Positions 12,211 through 34,049 of a stretch of 64,000 nucleotides of DNA are shown piece by piece. Within the stretch, counting starts at the first letter, position 1; each line of letters begins with the position of its first letter. Under the pieces are notes generated by a model. It searched no databases. It was given only the letters and a program-made list of their open reading frames with translations, and was not told the DNA's origin. This DNA is from Ranitomeya imitator (Eukaryota), in NCBI RefSeq assembly GCF_032444005.1, contig NC_091291.1, positions 32,240,001 to 32,304,000 on the forward strand, in the 5' to 3' direction. Made by a program: the position numbers and the translations under genes.

Positions 12211-12929
12211 TTAAGTGTCTGGTTCATGTAGGAAAATGGGCTCACAAGACGTGTTTCTCTTCAAGAACTGCAATGAGAAATCATATCTATCCCCTTATAT
12301 GGATACATTTTGGTTAATGATTTTTAAATGATTTTTGTCATTTTTTTCGTCACGATGTACATTTTTACCATAAGTGTGTTTTTTGTTTGAAAAGATTGAA
12401 AAAGATCAACATTTTCCAACTTCTACCTATTTGACAGTGAAAAGTGAACAGCATTATGATGCCACACGGATAGCATCAATGTATCTATAAAAAAGCTGGA
12501 CACGTGAGCATGCCCACAGACTATAATGAGTACTTGTTTATAATGGACAGAACACTGAGAATATTGGATGAATGAAAATGATCTAATATTTCTTTATCTT
12601 ATACTCGTCGATTACAGGCTGTTAATAGCCAACAGCTATATTCACAATTTTACAGAATAAATAGCAGTAATTTCTGACTCAGCGCCTTGAGGTTTTAGAT
12701 TATTGATACTTAGAATAGGCCAGTATTATCAGATCAGTGGGACTCTTCACACTCCATAATGATCAGCACAAGTGCTGTTAGAATGAGTCACGGCCCCTGT
12801 GCAAACACTACAACAAGTGTCAAACTGGGGTGACAAGGGCCCACCAGTAACATTGACTTTGGGGGGGCCACTTTTCACCTGCATGCAAATATTATGCTAC
12901 CTTCGTTCACAAATTTACCGATTCACAGC

Positions 12930-14870
12930 TGGGATAGAAAGTGGTCAGGACATACAGAGCATCTCAGCTATGATAGATAGGTGTCAGACCACGCAGAGCA
13001 TCACAGCTATGATAGATAGGTGTCAGACCACGCAGAGCACCTCAGCTATGATAGAAAGGTGTCAGACCATGCAGAGCATCGCAGCTATGATAGAAAGGTG
13101 TCAGACCATGCAGAGCATCACAGCTATGATAGAAATGTGTCAGACCATGCAGAGCATCTCAGCTATGATAGAAAGGTGTCAGACCATGGAGAGCATCACA
13201 GCTATGATAGAAAGGTGTCAGACCATGCAGAGCATCACAGCTATGATAGAAAGGTGTCAGACCATGCAGAGTATCACAGCTATGATAGGTGTCAGACCAC
13301 ACAGAGTATCACAGCTATGATAGATAGTGTCAGACCACGCAGAGCATCACAGCTATGATAGAAAGGTGTCAGACCATGGAGAGCATCACAGCTATGATAG
13401 AAAGGTGTCAGACCATGCAGAGCATCTCAGCTATGATAGAAAGGTGTCAGACCATGGAGAGCATCACAGCTATGATAGAAAGGTGTCAGACCATGCAGAG
13501 CATCACAGCTATGATAGAAAGGTGTCAGACCATGCAGAGTATCACAGCTATGATAGAAAGGTGTCAGACCACGCAGAGTATCACAGCTATGACAGATAGT
13601 GTCAGACCACGCAGAGCATCACAGCTATGATAGATAGGTGTCAGACCACGCAGAGCATCGCAGCTATGATAGATAGGTGTCAGACCATGCAGAGCATCGC
13701 AGCTATGATAGAAAGGTGTCAGACCATGGAGAGCATCACAGCTATGATAGAAAGGTGTCAGACCATGCAGAGCATCTCAGCTATGATAGAAAGGTGTCAG
13801 ACCATGGAGAGCATCACAGCTATGATAGAAAGGTGTCAGACCATGCAGAGCATCACAGCTATGATAGAAAGGTGTCAGACCATGCAGAGTATCACAGCTA
13901 TGATAGGTGTCAGACCACGCAGAGTATCACAGCTATGATAGATAGTGTCAGACCACGCAGAGCATCACAGCTATGATAGAAAGGTGTCAGACCATGGAGA
14001 GCATCACAGCTATGATAGAAAGGTGTCAGACCATGCAGAGCATCTCAGCTATGATAGAAAGGTGTCAGACCATGGAGAGCATCACAGCTATGATAGAAAG
14101 GTGTCAGACCATGCAGAGCATCACAGCTATGATAGAAAGGTGTCAGACCATGCACAGCATCGCAGCTATGATAGATATGTGTCAGACCACGCAGAGCATC
14201 ACAGCTATGATAGATAGGTGTCAGACCATGCAGAGCATCGCACCTATGCTAGATAGGTGTCAGACCATGCAGAGCATCGCAGCTATGATAGAAAAGTGTC
14301 AGACCATGGAGAGCATCACAGCTATGATAGATAGGTGTCAGACCACGCAGAGCATCACAGCTATGATAGAAAGGTGTCAGACCATGCAGAGCATCACAGC
14401 TATGATAGAAAGGTGTCAGACCACGCAGAGTATCACAGCTATGATAGAAAGGTGTCAGACCATGCAGAGCATCGCACCTATGATAGAAAGGTGTCAGACC
14501 ATGCAGAGCATCGCACCTATGATAGAAAGGTGTCAGACCATGCAGAGCATCGCACCTATGATAGAAAGGTGTCAGACCATGCAAAGCATCTCAGCTATAA
14601 TGGAAACGTGTCAGACCATGGAGAGCATCACAGCTATGATAGATAGGTGTCAGACCATGCAGAGCATCACAGCTATGATAGAAAGGTGTCAGACCATGCA
14701 GAGCATCGCAGCTATGATAGATCACTGTCAGATTATTCAGGGCATCACAACTATGATAGAAAGGTGTCAGACCATGTAGAGAATCGCAGCTATGATAGAT
14801 CAGTATCAGACCATGCAGAGCATCGCACCTATGATAGATAGGTGTCAGACCATGCAGAGCATCGCAGCTT
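12930..14870. repeat. 39-bp minisatellite (about 49 units)
   Basis: Unit AGAGCATCACAGCTATGATAGAAAGGTGTCAGACCATGC, with occasional 35-bp units; a degenerate relative lies at about 6410-6600. Confidence 0.95.
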
Positions 14871-15225
14871 GATGTGTGTGAGGCTGCCTAGCTGGGGGCT
14901 GATACAAGGAGGAGATCTGGTCTGACGAGTCACGTTTTTTTTAATCATGCGTATGGCCGGTGTGTCACTCATCTGAAGAGATGCACTATGAAGGCAAGCC
15001 GGCGGAGGCCGTGAGATGGTGCGACGTCCTGCTGGGAATCCTCAGGTCCTGGTATCACGTGGATGTGACACGTATCAGCTGCCTAATCATGGCAGCGCCT
15101 CTTACAGCAGGACAAGGCCCCCGCCACAGATGAGATCAAGATGATCACTTGTCTCTAAAGTCACCACATCTCATTTGGGAGTTTCCTGAGGCGGCTGGAC
15201 ACTGATTCAGGAAACGCTGGCTTTG

Positions 15226-15575
15226 GCTTTGTTCACACTGAGTTTTTGGAGGAGCGTTTATTTTCTTGAAAGGTTTTGTAAGAGTTTTTTTCTTTGAGGA
15301 AGGCACTTCAGGGATTACTCTTTTTTTCTGTTTTTTTTTTCTCTGTGTTTTTTAATCATGATCGTTTTTTTTCCTAAATCAATTTAGAATTTTTCACCAT
15401 GTTTTTTATTTTTCACTTTTTTATTGATGTTTTTGGGACGTTATATTATGAATCAAATTCCAGGTTTTTTTTTTATTGTTGTTGTTCTGAGGCGGAAACA
15501 CTGAGACACAATGTCCCGCTAAAAAATGAGCTTTTCCAGAGGTTTTCGCCTAAAAACCACTGTGTGAACACGGCC
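15226..15575. mobile_element. Harbinger-type MITE, diverged
   Basis: Imperfect TIRs GGCTTTGTTCACACTGAGTTTT / AAAACCACTGTGTGAACACGGCC. Confidence 0.6.
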
Positions 15576-15599
15576 TTGTAGCAAGAGTTCTGCTTTTAT

Positions 15600-15818
15600 T
15601 GTCGCCCTGCCCCCTGCCGGCGGGATGGTGCACTGCACACATGAGACGTCACTGTGTCTCCACAGAGCTGGCGACGGTTACATCGCTCCTCCCCCTTAGT
15701 GGGCGTGTAGAGGCGGAACGATTACGCCGCGGTTTGAGTTTCCACTTTCCAGCCGGAGCGGTATCATAGTTGCACCTCTCGTGTACCTGGCGGTTGTGTA
15801 GTGTGGAGAAGCGGCAGC
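15600..15818 (+). promoter_or_regulatory. CpG-rich promoter and 5' UTR of RUVBL2
   Basis: CpG-dense, TATA-less segment directly upstream of the RUVBL2 ATG, with GGGCGTG, GGCGGAA and GACGTCA motifs; TSS not determinable. Confidence 0.6.
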
Positions 15819-27490
<11,672 letters not shown>

Positions 27491-27839
27491 TGACTGATCT
27501 AGGTGAACGTGCTTGTTGTTGTTGCCCCTCCCCACTTTCATTTTGTCTCCACTCTTGTTACTTGCCTTAATTTCCATTCCTTGTCTTTTTTTATTAAAAC
27601 AAAAAGAGAAATCAAGTTTCTGTTTTTTATTATTATACAATTTATCAGGAACTAAAGTAGACTGGCATCTTCCAGATGAAATAAATGCATGGGCGCAGGT
27701 CGCTGTGACTGCATACGCATTGCACGGGTGCAGGTCGCTGTTACTGCATACGCATTTCATAGCCTTGTGAGCGCACATTAGAGATCACTAATTAGAAAAA
27801 TTAAACCCAACTCAAAGCTTTGACCAATTGGCCAAAAAA

Positions 27840-28417
27840 TATTTTACTGCTGAGGACATGGATGAACTCCTGACAGCAGTAAGACATACAATGGAAGTCG
27901 AGGAAGAAGAGACAATGTGAACAGTCCAAGATCAAATGTTTGGAGGAGTGAAAAAAAGAAAAATTTTTTATTTCTGGTTCATGACAATATCCAGAGTTTG
28001 ATTATAGATTAATAGGAGTTCCCAGAAAAGCATTTGTGTATTGAGGGCGTAATAAAAGGAATATTTCCGTTAGAAGAAGAGATGGCTATGACTTGGTCTG
28101 AAATTCCCAAGATTGATATCCAGGCTTCTAAAGTGGCTAGATAAAAAAAAAACCTCTTCTATTTGAGGATTCTTCACAACTTAAAGACCCAATGAATCGG
28201 AAGATGAATAGCCTTTTGGGGAAAACGTGGGAAGCGTCAATGGCCTACCTCCACATACCCATCTTTCTGAACCACCAAATATTCCTCTGATTCACAATCC
28301 AACATTCCCACTTTTAGTTTACCACTCTGCCAATCGGACTGACCACTGCACCCAAGAGTTTCACAAAGCTCATGGCTGCAGTTATCGCCATCCTGTTTGC
28401 CAGGGGGATAAGTCTTC
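27840..28417 (+). pseudogene. Old DIRS relic: gag-like and RT fragments
   Basis: Broken frames read TAEDMDELLTAVRHTMEVEEE, DQMFGGVKKRK, WSEIPKID and EDSSQLKDPMNRK, similar to ORF1 of the adjacent young element; then LPIGLTTAP and FTKLMAAVIAILFARGI (RT motif B region). Confidence 0.75.
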
Positions 28418-28905
28418 TTTTACTCTTCGTCACGACAGCACCCCACATGAGAGAGAGGGATCCGCCCATAGGAACAGGAAACCTACAGAATAAAAGGAGG
28501 CGGTCCCCTCTCCTCCTCAGTTTAGGTTTCCTGTTCCTATGGGAATCCCAGGACGTACCTACAGAAGATCCCTGGGCCATGCACCCGCCTGCGTCGGTCT
28601 CTGTAAGGAACGGCAGGGGCTGCGGTTCCAGTAGCAGCGGCGGGGGAGCCACTGTGTACAGCCTCCCCCCTCGTCTGATCGATAGCCATGGTCCGGGTCC
28701 GGTCACCGCTGGTCCGCCCGGCTCCATGAGGGCGCGCGCGCTCAAGCGGCCGGCTAAATAAAGCAGCCGCCGCATGGAGGAATGAGCGGCGCGTCTGACC
28801 CGGAAGTCGCTGGAGCACTTCCGGGTTCGGGCCGGGGAGGCAGGAGATTTGGCGCCATATTTAAAAAGCTACAGCGCTACTGTCGGCCGGTGTGTGGATG
28901 TGAGT

Positions 28906-30369
28906 ATGGCTTCACCGGCCGACGAAACGCACCTTGTGGTACCAGAGCGCTCTCCTAGTAAGGAGAAAAGCGCCAGGAGCAGCATTAAAGAGGGTGGTCG
29001 TCAGCAGCGATCTTCCACTAGGCAAAAAGATCCCTCAAAGAATCCGCCTCCAGATCCGGTACCTGTCAGCTTCTCTGGGTGAGTGTAAAGACTTCTCTAC
29101 CTATATGCTGATGTATGTTCCTCCTATGTCCCCTTCCTTCAGTCCAGGAAAAAAGCGCACAAGTCCAAGCACAAACAATGTGCTTTATGTATACAGCCCC
29201 TTCCAGACTCCTATATGAAGAGGTTATGCTCAGATTGCATCATACTGACCTTACGTCAAGAAAACATTATGACTCCATCTGACGTTAGAGCCATGATTCG
29301 AGAAGAGATGCAGGGACTGTCACAGGCTAGTATCCCTAGTTCCCACCAACCTAGCAGATCCCCATCTCCGGAAAACCCAGAATCAGAGGAGGTGCATAAG
29401 TCCTCAGATGAGTCGGAAACTCGGCCGAGTTCATCCGAAGATGAGGGGGGGCTGTGTCTGCCTAACAGCAGCGTGGACAACCTGGTGAAAGCAGTCAGAA
29501 ACACGATGGGGTGCCCTGATGAGAAAGGGAAAAAATCAGCTCAGGACATCATGTTCGCGGGGTTAGGACAAAGGAAGCGCAGATCCTTTCCCGTTGTCGC
29601 AACTGTTAAAGAATTAATTAAAAAAGAGTGGGACAAACAGAGCGCCAGAGGTTTTCTACCATCTTCCTCTAAAAGGCGATATCCCTTTAGCGACGAGGAG
29701 CTGAATACTTGGTCGAAAGTGCCAAAAGTGGACGCAGCCGTAGCCTCAACCTCAAAACAGTCAGTCTTGCCTGTAGAGGATTCAGGGATGCTAACGGATC
29801 CGTTGGACCGTAAAGCAGAGGCCCTGCTTAAAAAATCTTGGGAGGCCAATACAGGGGCATTCCGACCAGCCATCTCTGCTACCTGTACGGCGAGATCTCT
29901 GCTGGTTTGGATGGAACAACTGGAGGAGCAGATCAGAGGTAGAACTGCAAGAGACTCCATTCTACCAAAGATCCCTCTGATGAAGGAGGCTGTAGCATTC
30001 CTGGCAGACGCCTCAGTAGATTCGCTACGCCTAGCAGCCAGGTCAGCCGGCTTAACAAACACAGCCCGGCGAGCACTCTGGTTGAAGAACTGGAAAGGGG
30101 ACGCACAGGCAAAGGCAAAGCTTTGTGCGCTACCCTGCCAGGGTGAGTTCCTTTTCGGGAAGACTCTGGATGAGATCTTAAAGAAAGCAGGAGAACGGAA
30201 GAAAGGTTTTCCTAATCAGTATCTTCCGTCTTAGAGGAGAGCATTCAGAAGACGACCCTTTTCCCGGAGGCCGTTTGAGCAAAGGGATCGCTGGGAGGCG
30301 AAAGACCCTAAGCAAAAAGGAGCCCTGTTTACCGGATCTTACAACTCAAAACGTGGCAAGTACCGCTAA
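28906..30369 (+). CDS. DIRS ORF1 (gag-like), with predicted intron 29079-29147 and one in-frame TAG at 30232
   Basis: ATG 28906; in-frame TGA overlaps donor GG|GTGAGT; the frame resumes KKAHKSKHKQCALCIQPLPDSYMKRLCSDC (CxxC-x12-CxxC), runs to TAG 30232-30234, then a basic tail continues to TAA 30367-30369. Confidence 0.75.
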
Positions 30370-32254
30370 CCTGGAAGTAGGCGGTAGATTAAAATTTTTT
30401 CTATCCAAGTGGGAACATATAACATCCAGCCGTTGGATATTGGACATTATAAGAGATGGCCTTAAATTAGAATTTTTTAGAATCCCTTGGGATTCTTTTA
30501 TAATAACATCTCCAAAGGGACAAGAACAACAGGAGGCTCTAGAGTCCGAGATTATTTCTCTCCTATCTAAAAAAGTGTTGGTAGAGGTTCCCCAAGATCA
30601 AAGAGGAAGGGGATTTTACTCCCCTTTGTTTTTGATCAAAAAACCAGATGGTTCATTCAGAACCATCATTAATCTCAAGAAATTAAATTCCTTTCTATAT
30701 AATCGAACTTTTAAAATGGAGTCTATTAGTTCTGCCATCAAGCTCTTGTTTCCTAGGTGTGTCATGGCCGGAATCGACCTAAAAGATGCCTATTATCATC
30801 TTCCCATACATGCCGAACATCAGCAGTACCTAAGGGTAGCAGTCATCCTGGCAGGACAGGTTCGTCACTTTCAATATGTAGCAATGCCCTTTGGGCTTTC
30901 TATGGCTCCCCGCATCTTTACAAAGGTGATCCTGGAAGTGATGGCTCACTTACGCCAGCAGAACACTCTCATAATACCCTACCTGGATGATTTTCTTGTT
31001 ATCGGAAATTCCATATCCCAATGTCAAATGCGGTTATCTAATGCGATCTCATCCTTGCAGGATCTAGGTTGGATCGTGAATTACGAAAAATCCAGGTTGA
31101 ATCCAGACACCATCCAGATATTTCTGGGAATTCAACTAGATTCAGTAAGTCAGAGGAGTTTTCTGCCACAGTCAAAGAGAATAATTATTCAATCAAAGGT
31201 GTCAGAGGCAATATCAAAGCCCTGTATGACCCTGAGGAAGGCCATGTCCTTACTTGGATCACTGTCCTCATGTATACCAGCCGTGCTGTGGGCTCAATAT
31301 CATATCCGTCAATTGCAGTATGAAATATTATCCATTCAAAAGGAAGTACGAAATTTAGAGAGTAAAATCACTCTTTCCAGTGACGTAATTGAATCCCTAA
31401 GCTGGTGGTTAGACATGGATCACCTTTCAGGGGGTGTACCATGGATGATAAATCCCTCCAAAACAATTATCACTGACGCCAGCCCTGTGGGTTGGGGCGC
31501 ACATATGGAAGATAATCTGATCCAAGACACCTGGAATCAGGCGGAGCTGGTGTATTCTTCAAATTGGAAAGAGTTAAAAGCAGTAGAATATGCCCTAAGT
31601 CATTTTCTTCCACAGGTTCAGGGAATGCACGTGAGAGTTCTGTCAGACAATTCCACCGCAGTGGCGTACATAAACCGTCAGGGAGGTACGCGATCAGGAA
31701 CCCTGATGAACGTAGCAGCAAACATCCTCCAGTTGGCAGAGTTTCATCTTCCATCCTTAACAGCCCTGCACATCAAAGGGGCAGAAAACACCAAGGCGGA
31801 CTACCTCAGCCGAAACAGGCTACGACAAGGGGAATGGTCGTTAAACAAGGACATATTCAACATGATAACAAAAGCATGGGGCGTACCCCAAATAGATCTG
31901 TTCGCCACAAGAGACAACAGACAGGTAAAGAGATTTGCTTCCCTGAACCTCATGGATCACCCAGACATGTTGGACTCCCTTCACCATCCTTGGAGCTTCA
32001 GGCTAGCGTACGCCTTCCCTCCAATGTCTCTGATACCTCTAGTGATCAGGAAGATCAGGAGGGACCAAGCCAGAGTAATCCTGATTGCTCCCTTCTGGCC
32101 AAAAAGACCATGGTTCTCGTGTCTCCAAAGCATGTCTCTATGCGATCCATGGATCCTTCCTTTACACAAGGAACTGTTGTCTCAGGGCCCATTTTTCCAC
32201 CCGCAAGTGAAAGGTCTTCACTTGACGGCGTGGAATTTGAGAGGCAGTTGTTAA
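30182..32254 (+). CDS. DIRS ORF2: reverse transcriptase, RNase H and methyltransferase-like domain
   Basis: Stop-free frame: VGGRL, FYSPLFLIKKPDGSFRTIINL, IDLKDAYYH, MPFGLSMAPRIFTK, YLDD; RNase H TDASPVGWGA, WKELKAV, SDNSTAV, NTKADYLSR; MT-like IDLFAT, YAFPP and IAPFWPKRPWF. No ATG before 30716. Confidence 0.95.
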   Translation, partial: RKQENGRKVFLISIFRLRGEHSEDDPFPGGRLSKGIAGRRKTLSKKEPCLPDLTTQNVASTANLEVGGRLKFFLSKWEHITSSRWILDIIRDGLKLEFFRIPWDSFIITSPKGQEQQEALESEIISLLSKKVLVEVPQDQRGRGFYSPLFLIKKPDGSFRTIINLKKLNSFLYNRTFKMESISSAIKLLFPRCVMAGIDLKDAYYHLPIHAEHQQYLRVAVILAGQVRHFQYVAMPFGLSMAPRIFTKVILEVMAHLRQQNTLIIPYLDDFLVIGNSISQCQMRLSNAISSLQDLGWIVNYEKSRLNPDTIQIFLGIQLDSVSQRSFLPQSKRIIIQSKVSEAISKPCMTLRKAMSLLGSLSSCIPAVLWAQYHIRQLQYEILSIQKEVRNLESKITLSSDVIESLSWWLDMDHLSGGVPWMINPSKTIITDASPVGWGAHMEDNLIQDTWNQAELVYSSNWKELKAVEYALSHFLPQVQGMHVRVLSDNSTAVAYINRQGGTRSGTLMNVAANILQLAEFHLPSLTALHIKGAENTKADYLSRNRLRQGEWSLNKDIFNMITKAWGVPQIDLFATRDNRQVKRFASLNLMDHPDMLDSLHHPWSFRLAYAFPPMSLIPLVIRKIRRDQARVILIAPFWPKRPWFSCLQSMSLCDPWILPLHKELLSQGPFFHPQVKGLHLTAWNLRGSC

Positions 32255-33267
32255 AATCTAGGGGGTTCTCGGAAAAACTAGTTAACACCCTATTGTTGAG
32301 TAGGAAGAGATCTACCACCCTATTATACAGTAGGGTATGGAAGAAGTTCTTAGATTTTCATACAAGACCATTCTCTAAGCAGATTCCGATAGTTCCGATT
32401 CTAGAGTTCCTACAAAAAGGTAGAGAATTAGGGTTATCGGTGAACACCCTAAAGGTTCAAGTCTCAGCTTTAGGAGCCTTGTATGGGGACAACATAGCAG
32501 CCAACAAGTGGGTCTCCAGGTTCATCAAATCCTGTGAACGTTCCAATCCGGTCCATATTCCCCGTCTACCTCCGTGGGATTTGAATTTAGTCTTAGAAGC
32601 CTTAACTGACTCCCCATTTGAGCCACTAGATGCCATACCTCTAAAGGTCCTAACATACAAAGTCGCCTTATTGGTAGCCCTAACCTCAGCTAGAAGGGTT
32701 AGTGACATCCAGGCCCTATCGGCAGACCCACCTTTCTTAATGGTATTTCAGGATAGAATTGTCCTAAAACCTGATCCCTCATACCTCCCTAAGGTAGCAT
32801 CCATCTATCACAGATCTCAGGAGATAATTCTGCCTTCTTTTTTTAATACACCTGTAACCCCAGAACAACATAAGTTGCACACCTTAGATGTCAGAAGAGC
32901 TATCCTGACATATATAGAGAGGTCTCAAACATGGAGGCAGAGTAGGGCTCTGTTTGTCTCCTTTCAGGGCCGCAAGAAAGGATATGGGGTCACAAAGGCT
33001 ACCATTTCTCGATGGATCAGAGAAGCTATTTGTCTAGCCTACACATCAAGGGGCGAAATCCCACCAGTGGGGATTAAAGCGCATTCCACGCGGGCCATGG
33101 CTTCCTCTTGGGCGGAACATGCGGATGTACCGATCCACATGATATGTAAGGCCGCAACCTGGTCCACACCTTCTACCTTTTACAACCATTACAGACTTGA
33201 CCTTTCTGCTTCCTCTGATTTGACCTTTGGTAGAGCTGTTCTTAGTACAGTAATCCCACCCAAATAA
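31564..33267 (+). CDS. DIRS ORF3: tyrosine recombinase
   Basis: Stop-free frame overlapping ORF2 by about 690 nt; catalytic set SARRVSDI (R), AHSTR (HxxR), ATWS (W/H), NHYRLD (Y). First ATG at 31834. Confidence 0.95.
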   Translation: MERVKSSRICPKSFSSTGSGNARESSVRQFHRSGVHKPSGRYAIRNPDERSSKHPPVGRVSSSILNSPAHQRGRKHQGGLPQPKQATTRGMVVKQGHIQHDNKSMGRTPNRSVRHKRQQTGKEICFPEPHGSPRHVGLPSPSLELQASVRLPSNVSDTSSDQEDQEGPSQSNPDCSLLAKKTMVLVSPKHVSMRSMDPSFTQGTVVSGPIFPPASERSSLDGVEFERQLLKSRGFSEKLVNTLLLSRKRSTTLLYSRVWKKFLDFHTRPFSKQIPIVPILEFLQKGRELGLSVNTLKVQVSALGALYGDNIAANKWVSRFIKSCERSNPVHIPRLPPWDLNLVLEALTDSPFEPLDAIPLKVLTYKVALLVALTSARRVSDIQALSADPPFLMVFQDRIVLKPDPSYLPKVASIYHRSQEIILPSFFNTPVTPEQHKLHTLDVRRAILTYIERSQTWRQSRALFVSFQGRKKGYGVTKATISRWIREAICLAYTSRGEIPPVGIKAHSTRAMASSWAEHADVPIHMICKAATWSTPSTFYNHYRLDLSASSDLTFGRAVLSTVIPPK

Positions 33268-34049
33268 TGAATCTCTGAAAATCTCTCATGTGGGGTGCTG
33301 TCGTGACGAAGAGTAAAAATCCGGATTACTTACCGGTAATGCTCTTTTAATGAGTCACGACAGCACCCATGTATTACCCTCCCTAAATTATGCACAGCAC
33401 TTTCCTTTAAGTTCAAAGAAGTAATGGTTGTATAGGGTTAAGAATTTTTATGTTACTGAATAAGAATGAATACTAACACTTTTGCGGTTCCCTTTTTATA
33501 CTCTGTAAACTAAACTGAGGAGGAGAGGGGACCGCCTCCTTTTATTCTGTAGGTTTCCTGTTCCTATGGGCGGATCCCTCTCTCTCATGTGGGGTGCTGT
33601 CGTGACTCATTAAAAGAGCATTATCGGTAAGTAATCCGGATTTTGATCCCTGTTCAGCGTCTAGTCTTGAGAATGTTAGACACAGTTCAAGCAAGTTTGG
33701 TTTTCACTGAAGACAAGAGATCTGCCCATGATTGTGGCATACGTTCTCTCAGATGTCCATCTCCCTGTTCAGTCCATTTCTGATTCAATGTCCTGGGCCA
33801 GATGGTGGCTGTGATTGAAGCCATTCTCTTTAGGGTTCTTCTACACTGCATTCTGCCACCCATTCGTTGATCCTGTTGAGGCGTACATCCAAATCCCCTG
33901 CAAATGGGAATCGGGCGTATGCACCAACAGGGCAATAGACTATAATACGCAGTCTTCTATGTCTGAGTATCCACCTCCAGTACGCCTACATGCCCGAAAA
34001 TGAGGCTTGAGAGAGCACTCGTTCGCTCTGTCAGGATGATTATAGTCTA

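Larger units (their letters stand above)
28418..33644 (+). mobile_element. DIRS1-type tyrosine-recombinase retrotransposon, full length and near intact (about 5.2 kb)
   Basis: Left ITR 28418-28525; right ITR 33510-33606 is an exact reverse complement of 28429-28525 (97 bp); 3' extension 33607-33644; ICR at about 33282-33367 complementary to both termini; T-run ends; three overlapping ORFs. Confidence 0.97.

Noticed and set aside
11770-12214. Similar peptides on both strands (MAGQVCGHM, MKFILCPPKY)
   Set aside because: Artefact of a palindromic MITE.
12799-14841. Long ORFs with MIERCQTMQSITA or His-rich DHAEHHSYDRKVS repeats (superficially HRC-like)
   Set aside because: Products of the 39-bp minisatellite; 35-bp units shift the frame, and GATAGATAG variants put stops in the His-rich frame.
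1604-15600. Expected head-to-head GYS1 upstream of RUVBL2, as in human
   Set aside because: No GYS1-like peptide (such as FEVAWEVANKVGGIYTV) found by eye on either strand. Candidate exon-like pieces near 9410-9490 and 14960-15100 had no recognisable product.
28314-28818. ORFs on both strands over the DIRS left end
   Set aside because: They span the old-relic/ITR junction and the GC-rich leader; no conserved domain beyond the relic RT fragment.
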